A stretch of 64,000 nucleotides of DNA, from the NCBI RefSeq assembly GCF_037042905.1, contig NC_087251.1:31436001-31500000 (forward strand), written 5' to 3'. The notes below the pieces were generated by a model that was given only the letters and a program-made list of their open reading frames with translations, was not told the origin of the DNA and did no database searches. A program made the translations under genes and the position numbers. Positions 1 through 64,000 of this stretch are shown one piece after another (within the stretch, counting starts at the first letter, position 1; each line of letters opens with the position of its first letter). This DNA is from Lytechinus pictus. Its lineage: Eukaryota.

Positions 1-72
1 GGGCCACGCCCCTCTCATAAAAAGTGAGATTACTGGTAGAATCTCCGCCTATGGTCATATCAAAGGTCTCTT

Positions 73-63733
<63,661 letters not shown>

Positions 63734-64000
63734 CTAAACAAATAACAATACAACACACATATCAGTTATAGGAATGAAACAGTCTAAGAACAGATCAATG
63801 ATGGATTATAAATGATACAAGAATGTTGATCGATTCAGAAGATTGAATTTGATTTCAAATTATGCTAAATTGCAATTAAATTCAATTTCATTCAATCATT
63901 AGGCCCTATCATTCTACATATGGTATCTTGAATATAATTTTGTTTTAATCTGCTTGTAAATTTACCCTTTCAGCCTGTGCTGCTGGCTTATATTTGTGTG

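Noticed and set aside
63966..64000. Possible next upstream dynein exon ending at a GTAAA donor
   Set aside because: The translation (HKYKPAAQAER) does not resemble the conserved dynein sequence expected before VEER, and too little sequence is visible.

Overview
This is an AT-rich animal genomic window. It is probably an echinoderm or sea urchin, an inference from the repeat types only. One minus-strand gene fills almost all of it: cytoplasmic dynein-1 heavy chain (DYNC1H1). I traced 78 GT-AG coding exons from 63733 down to the stop codon at 73-75 (11571 nt, about 3856 aa). Splice phases are consistent, and the Walker A motifs of AAA1-AAA4, the stalk/MTBD and the C-terminus are intact. The N-terminal part of the gene lies beyond the right edge of the window. 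The introns hold two 5'-truncated LINEs, three RTE 3' remnants, tRNA-derived SINEs, Helentron-like repeats and several MITE families. The most unusual signals are five. (1) All three RTE remnants are antisense and end at or next to splice donors; in one case the retroelement tail is the donor. (2) Exon ends have been duplicated locally several times, including copies that each lost the GT by a different mutation and a copy of the C-terminal coding segment just after the stop. (3) A TIR family with 6-bp TSDs is nested inside itself. (4) A degenerate Penelope-type hammerhead motif lies in the sense of the pre-mRNA. (5) Short insertions cluster just inside splice donors. All calls were made by eye with no database searches.
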